Assembly: GCA_002245135.1 (NCBI GenBank)
Contig: NGBS01000012.1
Span: 124,001 to 156,097 of the forward strand
Length of the DNA stretch: 32,097 nucleotides
Direction of reading: 5' to 3'
Origin: Proteromonas lacertae
Lineage: Eukaryota
Shown: one piece after another, positions 1 to 9,915 of the stretch
How positions within the stretch are numbered: position 1 is the stretch's first letter
Layout of the letters: every line of letters begins with the position of its first letter
Notes under the pieces: model-generated
Told to the model about the DNA's origin: nothing
The model's input: the letters and a program-made list of their open reading frames with translations, nothing else
Databases searched by the model: none
Program-made: the position numbers and the translations under genes

Positions 1-334
1 TACCAACATTACTAACACATTGACATCACCAATATCTTCAAGATTAGCTAGAAATAGTAATTTCAGTAATGCTTCTTTGCCTTCAGTTAGAATGAATTAT
101 ATGAGGAGACATAAAGAATCTGTGTCAAAATGTAATACTGCTAATCAAAAAGATGATAATTCGAAAAGACCAGTGAAAGATTTGAATGTGATTGGCCCTT
201 CCTTAGATCAAAGAATGAAAACTAAACCTACACAAATTATGCCTGTTGATGCAAACATTCCCACTAGTCCAAGAGCTCAATTTGTTTCAAGACATAATTC
301 ACCTGACTCTAAAAAAGATGATGATGATGAATGA
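1..334 (+). CDS. 3' end of an unknown low-complexity (Ser/Asn/Pro/Lys-rich) protein, truncated by the window edge
   Basis: Frame is open from position 2 to TGA at 332-334, ends DDDDE*, and is followed by AT-rich spacer. No recognisable domain. Confidence 0.6.
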   Translation, partial: TNITNTLTSPISSRLARNSNFSNASLPSVRMNYMRRHKESVSKCNTANQKDDNSKRPVKDLNVIGPSLDQRMKTKPTQIMPVDANIPTSPRAQFVSRHNSPDSKKDDDDE

Positions 335-472
335 ATGAGGAACCAATTATTTATATTGATCAATAAGTGTAATTATATTATTTAATGTAAATTTCTGTGT
401 TTTTTTTTTCTGTAATGCAAGCTTGGATGTTGGTTTGAAAATCAAATTAACATAATTATCATTTTCTCGATA

Positions 473-2697
473 ATGGAACAATTTGGAGAGTTATGTAGTG
501 TATATTGCGTATTTAATATACAATATTAATATATTATAGGTAATTAAAGAGTATAACAAGAATGATTTTTACTCTTTGTTGGAAGTAAAAAATAAAGAGA
601 CAAATAAGTTGAAGATTATAAAGATATATAATAGAAATAATATAGATTCAAGGTCCTTAGACATATTTAAAAGAGAATATGAGAAACTGAAGAAATTAAA
701 CCATAAAAATGTAATATCATATGAAAAAGTGATAATAAATGAAATGAATATAATACTGGTAATGAAAAAATACTCAAAATCTCTGATAGATTTGATAAAT
801 GAAAAAGAGATGGAAGAGAATGATATAAATAATATTATAATAAAAATCTTGACAATGTTGAAAGAATTGCATGAAAATGGAATAATGTATAACAACATTA
901 AACCAACTAATATTCTATTTGATTCGAATTATATCTAGTTGATAATTTGAATTATTTCTTAAAGCAGAATAATTTAGAAAATGATGATGTGAGTTATTTA
1001 AGTCCAGCTATATTGAATGGAGAAGTAATAGATGATGCCAGTAGTGATATATGGAATATAGGGTTGTTGATGTATGTATTATTAACGAAAAGAAATCCAT
1101 TTAACAAAGCGAGTAGAGAAGAAACAATAAACTCTATAAAAGAATGTAAATATGACAAAATAGAAAGAAAAGAAGCATATAATGCTATTTTGTCAAAACT
1201 ATTAAAAGTAAATAAAAAGGAAAGAATAATTACTGAGCATCTGATTAAAAGGTTGAATGAGATTATTTATAACTCAAAAATGGTATTAATAGAGAAAATG
1301 ATGAATGAAAGAAAATTTAATGAAGTATATTTTTAATATAAATGATTTTTAATAGAGTATAATATGTTTAAAAGAATTATTAGATAATCCTTATTCAAAT
1401 GATAAAAGGTGCAATATTTATAGTCTGTTAGGACAATGTTTCCTCCAATTAGTATTTATAACTATTTATCTATGATGAAAATAGGAAGATTGTGATGAAT
1501 CAATTCGTTATTTGCATTTAGCTCTAGATAATTCTTCAACTTCAGAAGTTAAAGAAATGATTTTTATTGATCTTGCTGCAGCCTATATGATTAAAGTACA
1601 ACATATTTTATATATTTATTAAATAGAATGATTATCAAAAATCAATTCATTATGGAAAAATGGGATTGTTATATAGTGTAACACCAGAGAGAAAGTCCAT
1701 TTTAAATTACTGTATTGCTATTAACTATAATAAATTGGTATGTTGAATATATATTAGTATTATTTCTTTTCTGATTAGAATCATTATGAAGATTCTATTT
1801 GTTACGGAAAAGAATCATTGAAGAATAATGAGAATTGTTTTACAAAAAGTCAAAATTCATTTCTTATAGGAGAATGTTATTATAAAATTGTATTATTATT
1901 TGTTCTATTGTCAATTTAGAAGGATTACAAAGAGTCAATAAGTTATTTTATAAATGCATTAGAATGTTCGCTGTCAAATGAACTAAGATACAAGTGTAAC
2001 ATAAATGTTGGTTTTTGTTATTTTGAGATGGTATTTGCATAAAAATAATGTTGTATAGAAAGAATATAAAGAAGCAATCAATTACTTTGAAAAAGTACTA
2101 GAATATTCATCTGAAGAAGAAATACAATTTATATGTTATTTTCAAATTGCTTCATGTTTCTTTTTTATGGTATTTATATAATAATAGTGATATATAGAAT
2201 GAGTATAAAGAATCTATATGTAAATATGAAAAAGCTTTAGAATATTCATCAACTAGTTTAAACAAATATAGATGTTATATCCGTTTAGGAAGTTGTTATT
2301 ATTTTATGGTATAATTAATCATCTTTTAATTAAATCAACAGAATATGTATGAAGAAGCTCTGAGATATTTCTTTTCATCATTGAATATTGCAGAATCTCT
2401 TGAAGAAATATGTACATCGCAAATGGATATATGTTGTTGTTATTTTAAAAGTGGAGATATTGATAATTCTTTAGCCTATTTTCAAAAATCATTACAGTCA
2501 GCAATTTCAAACAATCAAAAATATAAATCATATTTAGAAATGGGCAAATGTTATACAGAGAATGTATGTGATATATATTATATATGTAATAGAATGATTT
2601 TGAAAATGCAAAGAAATATTTGGAAATAGCTATGAAATATGTTGAAAATGAAAAAGAGAAAAAAGAAGTTAAAGAGTTATTAAATAAAACACAATAA
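473..2697 (+). CDS. Pseudokinase + TPR-repeat protein (11 exons; one apparent 1-nt frameshift near 935)
   Basis: ATG 473, intron 509-539, then a kinase fold with degenerate motifs (KIIK, KREYE, YNNIKPTN, DNL, YLSPA, SDIWNIG, NPF). Introns at 1325-1355, 1452-1484, 1596-1626, 1738-1778, 1890-1919, 2031-2058, 2170-2197, 2309-2341 and 2564-2592 join ten TPR-like repeats ending at TAA 2695-2697. Confidence 0.85.
1310..2697 (+). repeat. Array of ten ~37-aa TPR-like repeats, mostly one per 111-nt exon
   Basis: Repeats such as KDYKESISYFINALECSLSNELRYKCNINVGFCYFEM and KEYKEAINYFEKVLEYSSEEEIQFICYFQIASCFFFM. Exons 1485-1595, 1627-1737, 1779-1889, 1920-2030, 2059-2169 and 2198-2308 are each exactly 111 nt; 2342-2563 is 222 nt. 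Confidence 0.9.
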
Positions 2698-2716
2698 TAA
2701 CAAAAACAAATACTTA

Positions 2717-4812
2717 TTATTTTTTATATTTCTTTGATAAAGTTTTAGGTATATTATTGAACATTCTCATAAATAAAAAATCATCATCATCATCATATTT
2801 CTCTAAATAATCATTGTAATTTTCTATTTCATTTAAATTCTCATTAATAATTTTTGGAACATATTCTTTCACAATCGGACAATAACATTTCATATAACTA
2901 GATAAAAGCCACAATGATGTAATATCAGCATTTGATCTTTCTGGTTCATTAATTTCATAATTATACGGTTTTTTAACTTGTCTATCTAATTCATTCTCTA
3001 ATAATATTTTACTATTGGGGTATCTTTTGAAAATAGCTCTGATAATACTTAAAATTGATAAACACTGATTGATAGGCAATAATTGAGAGAGAATAATCAT
3101 TCTTATTACAAATGAAGTGATAATCAATTCATTATTTTCTCTTCTTTCAATTAGTGCTAACTAAATACATAATAGAAAATATAGCAATATACATAACAAG
3201 TATGAATTACTGATGGAATATCTTTTCTATTATTGATCAATGTAGCTTCTATTAATATTGAATATAACATATTAATATAAGGCGTTTCATCAATTGCTAA
3301 TATTTTTCCTGGTCCTTGTAATGTCTTTATGACTGTTTGAATACATTGTATTCTATTACTGAAACTGATATTTGGTTTTTCTAAATAATCATGAAAATAC
3401 TTCAATAAATCAGAAACTATGTTTATATTCATTAATGGAATATATCTTGATAAACACTATTATAAAATAATATAGAAATATTCATAATACTCTTAATGTT
3501 AATGGAATTAATGAATCATTATTAGACTTCAATATTCTAAAATACATAATAATCAATGCACGTAATGTATCTTTATGATAACTATCTCTTAAATCATAAT
3601 CAATATCAGCTGTTGATTCTTGTAATATCTTTTTTACTTTCTTATTCTTCTTTTTGATTTTTTTGATTTTTCATCCAGTTTATCACTTTCTTCTAACTTA
3701 GTTTTTAATGGAATTGATTCTGTTACTAATATCATATCTTCATGAACTTGACAATTTAATTTTTTGACAATATGACCTATTCCTTCGATTATTTCACTAT
3801 ATCTTGAACCTTGTGCGTCTTTTTCGTATAATGATTTAATTGTCTCAGTGGATAAATCTCTTATGATTTTATTCTTGTGATTTAAAGCTCGAATTATTGT
3901 TTGAATTAATAGATTCACATCATTGAAATAAAAATGTGATTTTAATAATTCACAAATGCATTTAAAGCACTAATAGAAATAAAAAATGTAATATATATAC
4001 ATGATATCCCATGTGATTAACTATTTCATCTGTTCCTTTAATTGGTTTTGGAATTTGATTAAATTTCAATATAATTAACTGTAAAAACGTTTTATATGAT
4101 TTTAACAACTTTGTTTCATAGTCAATTTGTTTCTGAATTGCTTTTTTATGCTTCTTTTCACTATCGATTTCATATTTCTGTAGATTAATTGCAGTGGATG
4201 GTAATATATCATTAAACACAACATATTCTGCTAATATTGATATTTGTTGAATGATTTCATCATCAATATCACTTGTATATTCATGTAACATATTAAATAA
4301 TGTGTTTTCTGAGTTTGGTTGTTTTTTAAATGCTGCTTCTGGATCTGCCATTATACTTTCACACAATTCTGCGATATGTTTCTTTTTATCTTCTAATGAC
4401 ATTACTGGTGGACTTAATTTAGTTCTTTTACGTTTTCTCTTATTTCCTTCTTCTTTCTCATCATCATCACCATAATCTTCTTCTTCTTCAATATCTTTTT
4501 TCTTTGATTTTGGTTTTAAACTATCTTCTATTTCTTTTTGAGTTATACGAGACATTTCTATAAACGTAAAATTACTAGAATATACTTTTTTGAATTATTC
4601 TTGTTGTTTCATACTTTCTTTCCATCTCATCGTTGTTGCTCATCATTAATTTTTCTTTTTTATGTTTCCTTTTCATAGCATTCAATTGTCTAAAGGTAAA
4701 ATATGATAAAAATACTCTGTTTCATCATAAACATCTTCCAGTAACAATTTGTTTATAATCCTATACGATAATACTCATGATATACATTGTATGCTTCTAT
4801 ATCTTCATCCAT
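2717..4812 (-). CDS. NOC3: Nucleolar complex protein 3 (CBF/Mak21 family), multi-exon, with several apparent indels
   Basis: NOC3-like motifs across the ORF fragments: KKHIAELCESIMADPE, VFNDILP, YETKLLKSYKTFLQ, DTLRALIIMYFRILK, INIVSDLL, EPERSNADITSLWLL. Start at 4812 is inferred through tiny introns. Confidence 0.8.
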
Positions 4813-4894
4813 TTTTCACTTTAATAACTCTTAAAAATAGAAATGCAGAATTAGAAAGCTTGATAAAACTTGAATTCACAAACATGTTTGTTTC

Positions 4895-6532
4895 ATGTTT
4901 TTAACTCGTTATTACTCTAAATTACATTATTTTTCACATATAAAAAGAAATTTTCCTATATGTCACACGCTTCTATCCAATTTTGCGAATATCAGACAGT
5001 TTTCTGTTAATGTGGACAATGCAGCTGAATGGGAAGAGATTGCTTCAGATTTTTCAGATTTGGATATTAGAAATCCAAATTTAGTACCAAATACACAAAA
5101 TTCATTTGAAATACCTTCCAATTTGTCAGTAGCAGAATGTACTAACCTAATTCTACAATCTCAATCTTCAACAGAATCTATATCCTATTTTAACTCGTTA
5201 GGAAAACAGGGTTCCAATCCAGATCTTATGTTATACACATGTTTTATAAAATCCTTATTTTCTTATGGCGATATAGATGTAGGATTTAAATACTATAAAC
5301 AATGTATTAAAGAGTTTGTAGTAGATTCAATTTTCTATGAAAACATTTTGGAACCACTCTCAAAACAGTCATTAGAATCAGAAGTATCTCAAGTGTATAA
5401 TGATTGTCTTTCTCAAGGACTAAATACCACAAAAGCAATGACTTATTACATATTCACATTAAATGATTCACAAGTGATATATGACCATATTAATCAAATG
5501 AAAAATCAATATCAAATCCAACCTGATTTTCTTTGTTATAGTGTAATATTCAATAGAGGAAAAATAAAAGATATGGATTTAATCTATAAGTGTATAAATG
5601 AATGTATTAGAATGAATATAACACCTTTATTGGGATCTTTACACTATTATTGTAAAATATTAATTACAATTGATAGAAGTACTCCCATCTATGAAAAATT
5701 TGATAGATGTAAATTGTTGTTATATATTTTTGATTTTATGTTAAATAATAATTACAAATTGTCTATCACTATTTATTCAATTGTAATTGAATTTTGTGGA
5801 GAATGCGGTTGGTTAAAGGATGGCAATAGAATATTTAACATTATGTTAGAAAGAGGACTAACTCCTAATATTGAATTATTAACAGGATTAATAAGTGGTT
5901 ATTGTAAAAAGAAGCAATTGAAAGAAGCGATGGATATTTATCACAAGTTAGATGTATTTGCTATTAAACCAAATGAATATACATTTTCTGTATTAATAAA
6001 CGGCTGTGCAAGAGCTGGAAATATTCATTTAGCAGAAGAAATAATCAATGATATGAAAGAATTGAAATATGAAATTTCATCACCAATTTATAATTCTTTG
6101 ATTTATTTATATGGAAGAATTGGCAAGCCTGAAAAGGGGATAGAAATGTTTAATGAATTAGAAAAACAAGATCATTTAATACCAAGAAGCTATAGTGCAG
6201 TCATCTACCTCTGTTCATGTAATAAAATGTTTAAACAAGCAATTGATTATATGAATAAAGAAATAGAGAATGGAATTGTTGTAAAAAATGAATCTATTTT
6301 ATGTTATTTAGAGTTTGCTATTAAGAATAGTAAGGATGTTAATGACTTAAAATCGATATTGAGTTTTATAAAGAAGAATAAAGTGAATATGGATAGTAAT
6401 GAGACATTCTCATATTTGCATGCTTTAAATAAAAGAGGTGAAGTTGATATAACAAAGAAAATTGTGTCATTTTTGACAGCATATAAGTTAATGAGATCTA
6501 GTCAAAGAGTTATAAAATTATGTGAATATTGA
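4895..6532 (+). CDS. Pentatricopeptide-repeat (PPR) protein with a putative mitochondrial/MRO targeting peptide
   Basis: Tandem ~35-aa PPR motifs (IYSIVIEFCGECG..., LLTGLISGYCKKKQLKEAMDIY..., TFSVLINGCARAGNIHLAEEI..., IYNSLIYLYGRIGKPEKG...). The N-terminus is basic/hydroxylated and lacks acidic residues. Confidence 0.85.
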   Translation: MFLTRYYSKLHYFSHIKRNFPICHTLLSNFANIRQFSVNVDNAAEWEEIASDFSDLDIRNPNLVPNTQNSFEIPSNLSVAECTNLILQSQSSTESISYFNSLGKQGSNPDLMLYTCFIKSLFSYGDIDVGFKYYKQCIKEFVVDSIFYENILEPLSKQSLESEVSQVYNDCLSQGLNTTKAMTYYIFTLNDSQVIYDHINQMKNQYQIQPDFLCYSVIFNRGKIKDMDLIYKCINECIRMNITPLLGSLHYYCKILITIDRSTPIYEKFDRCKLLLYIFDFMLNNNYKLSITIYSIVIEFCGECGWLKDGNRIFNIMLERGLTPNIELLTGLISGYCKKKQLKEAMDIYHKLDVFAIKPNEYTFSVLINGCARAGNIHLAEEIINDMKELKYEISSPIYNSLIYLYGRIGKPEKGIEMFNELEKQDHLIPRSYSAVIYLCSCNKMFKQAIDYMNKEIENGIVVKNESILCYLEFAIKNSKDVNDLKSILSFIKKNKVNMDSNETFSYLHALNKRGEVDITKKIVSFLTAYKLMRSSQRVIKLCEY

Positions 6533-6723
6533 TATTAATTGTGATTGATCCTTATTTATATTATTATTTATATGTTTTTTATTCACAATATGAATTAATT
6601 CTAAATCATTTAAGCAAGCATTCGATATGGTTATTAAAAACACTATTTTTTTATTTCTAAACATTTAACCAGAGTTGGAGGTAATTAAAAGATCCAGTTT
6701 TTAAATCTTACCATTATCTCAAG

Positions 6724-9700
6724 ATGGGCTATAAATTCTTTGATGCCTTTTTGGTCGTTCGAGTAGACAAAGAGTATGCATCATACTCTATTAATTTCAA
6801 TAGCGAAAAAGGTCATGTTGAACCAAACATTTCTCAATGTATTCCTGAAGAAGCAGAAGAGGGTCTACCAGATGATTTAATCACCTTTTGCTTTCCTGAA
6901 GGAGATGATCTGAAAATGTTTAGTGAATTAAGAAGTGAAGAATACACAGCTGTTTTCACTGATAGTGAAGGTAAACGTTTATACAGTTTCTGTAGAAGAT
7001 TCTTACCACCAACAGAATTAAGTAGATACGATGTTCAAGAAAGATACCCAATTGTTGTCTGTTTCGTTAGTCATCGTCCTTATTTCAGTGTGTTCTATCA
7101 CTTGTTAAGATTGTTAGAATCAAAATTCAGATTAGACCCTGAACAAGTATAATTTCTTTTCAATTATTAAACATCAATAGATTGATGATATTGTTGATGA
7201 AGCTTACAATGTATTATTACCGCCACCAGGAGAAACCTTCAAAATCCGTGGAAATACCTTCGTCAGACCAAGAGATATGGATGCTCCATTAATTGATGTA
7301 CAATTTGGTCCATTCGTTACAAGATTCGATGAACAGATTATTATGAAGATCATTTCAGCATTGATGTTAGAAAAAAGACTTATCTTTGTAGCTAATGAGA
7401 TATCTACACTATCGTCTGTTATTCATGCTGCAGTTGCTGCATTGTATATATACATTTGATTATATATTATTAATATAGATGTCCCTTCCAATGGCAACAG
7501 ATATTTGTCCCAATCTTACCAAGACACTTAATGAAGTGTGTTTGTGCTCCAATGCCATTTGTAATTGGTATAACACGTAGTCATTATGCTGAAATGATGA
7601 AAATGCCAAAGGAAAGTGTATATATTGTAGATATCGATGAAGGTACATTTACAGAAACAAGCAAAGATCCTGATTCATTCCCTTATTTACAACCAAAGAG
7701 TGGAACTACTAAGAGCATGTCAATGAGTGGAGTTGGTAAAAAACTATCCGTTATGGAAAAAAGATTGGGTTTTGATTTGAGTGGTTTTAGAAACACCCTT
7801 TCAAAAGCTGGTGAAATTGGTGGTAAAGTGTTAGAAAGTGCGGATGGAGCAGATCCAGTGAGTACTTGTATGAAGGCTATTAAATATGCTAAAGAAGTTG
7901 CTGTAGGTAGATATATTTTGAAAGAAACATCCTTATTTACTGCCTTTTTAACACTTCAAGCTTCTATCTTTGGTAGCTACAGCCGTTTCTTCTCTAATTC
8001 AATTCCACCAGTATTTGATCGTGATGCATTTGTCAACACTTTCATCAAAGAACATCCAAAATCTAATTTATGCGAATTTCTTAAAGTATTTAAAGATTGT
8101 CAAATGTTTGAAACCTTCGCTACTACACGTCAAGCAGCTTTATTAGACCAATCATCTCAGAATACATTATCAGATGGATTATTTGAAGGCGCAGTTGAGA
8201 GTGTAAAAGGTGCATTTAAACCACTCTCTGTAAAGTCATACATCAAAAAACAAGTAACTTCAGAACCTGATCCATATAGAGAGAAGATAAGACCATTGGT
8301 ATTGGCAGTATCAAGTAATAAGAGTTCAACTGTACCACTTGGCAAGACATTTAGATTCTTAAGTGATGGTACTTTTGATAGTAGATATTGTAGTGTTATT
8401 ATGGATTCAATCTGGTGGAGATTTAGTGATGTAGAAGGTAAGAATTGGAAACACGGTTATAAGTGTTTACAGTTGTTATTGTTCTTAATTATTAAAGGTA
8501 GTGAAAGAGTAATTACAGATACTTTATTTGGAATTGATCGTATTAAATACTTCTTACACTATGTCAATGATACTGCTTCAAATAGAGTCAAGTCAGCTGT
8601 ACAAATGAGATTACTATCTAAGAAGATATATACATTATTAATGGAAACAAACAGTTTAATGAGAGAAAGAGCAAAGCACGGAATAAGAAGAAAGGGAGTC
8701 GATGATGATGAGTTAGGAAGGGTATTTGGAGATATCTTAGGAGTTAAGAAATGTGATATGGATGCAGATCGATTAGATTTCGTATTGATGTTTAAACCAT
8801 TTGATACCATCAACAAAGCATGTGCTCCAGCTAAAGCTGTATTTGGAAGAACTGAATCTAGTAAAGCGATATTGAGTAAGAAAGAAAAGAAGGAGAAGAA
8901 GGAGAAGAAAGATTCAAAGAAGAAGAAATCAAAGAAGGAAGAGATTGAATCTGCTAGTGATAGTAGTAGATCAATATTAGAAACAAGTGCTAGTGAATTT
9001 GGTTTCTTAAATGATTTGGAAGAAGATCAAGCTTTGCTTGATGAGGAAGAAGAATCTCCAGCTCCACCAGTGTTAAAGAAGAAAGGAAAGAAATCATCCT
9101 CTAAAAAGTCATCGAAAAAAGCACCACCAGTTGATGAATTAGAAGAAGATCAAGGTTCTTTATTAGATGAAGAAGAAGGAGTTCAAGAACTTGTGGAAGA
9201 AGAAGAAGAAGAAAAACCAAAGAAGAAATCATCGAAGAAGAAGAGCTTAAAGAAGAAAGAAGAAAAACCAAAACAACAAGAGGAAGAAGAATTTGATTTA
9301 TTTGGTGATACTCCAGCTGCTCCACAAGTTAATGATAATGATAATGAATTATTACCAGAGAAGAAATCAAAAAAATCATCTAAAAAGTCTAGTGCGAAAA
9401 AATCAAAGAAAACAACAGTTGATGATGTAGATTTTCTGGGTGAAAGTTCTGCACCAGCTGGTGGTGATGAAGATTTCGATTTGTTTGGTGATTCAGGAAA
9501 TACTAATGCCAATAGTGATGATATAGATCTATTTGGTGAATCTACTACTGCTACAACTAGTAATAAAAAGAAGTCAACTAAGAAAGCTAAAAAGCCAGAA
9601 CCTGAAGAATTAGAAGAAGAAGAAGAAGAGGAAGCTGAAGAAATGGAAGAAGGAGAAGAATTAGAAGAAGGTGAAGCTGAAGAAGAAGAAGAGGAGGAAG

Positions 9701-9804
9701 AAGAAGAAGCTGAAGGTGGAGGTGATGATGAAGATTTCGATTTATTTGGTGGAGGTTCTTCTCAACCAGCACAATCAACTTCTAATGATTTTGATTTCTT
9801 CTAA
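6724..9804 (+). CDS. DENN-domain Rab GEF (DENND1/2-like) fused to an ENTH domain, with an acidic/Lys-rich tail
   Basis: Introns 7147-7180 and 7444-7478. DENN motifs FCFPEG, FTDSEGKRLYSFCRR, MLEKRLIFVA, LCPFQWQQIFVPILP, APMPFVIG, CQMFETF. ENTH motif IMDSIWWRFSDVEGKNWKHGYKCLQLLLFLIIKGSERV. Confidence 0.88.
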
Positions 9805-9915
9805 ATAGAGAAATAAATATATTCTTCATATAATTAATAATATATTGCTTATATTTTATTGTTTTTGTAATTTACATGTAATTGACGGAAATCATAAAGT
9901 TTTAGCGCTAAAATA

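Noticed and set aside
930..950. Programmed frameshift or stop read-through in the pseudokinase-TPR gene
   Set aside because: One missing base restores ...NYILVDNLNYF, and nearby essential NOC3 has similar indels, so consensus error is more parsimonious.
1485..2341. CRISPR-like or tandem DNA repeat suggested by the ~140-nt periodicity
   Set aside because: No identical direct repeats; the periodicity is exon plus intron of a diverged protein repeat.
9101..9778. Antisense ORFs over the DENN tail (similarly 13955-14308 and 31686-32079)
   Set aside because: Reverse complements of GAA/GAT/AAG-rich tracts, giving Ser/Phe/Leu-rich stop-free frames.
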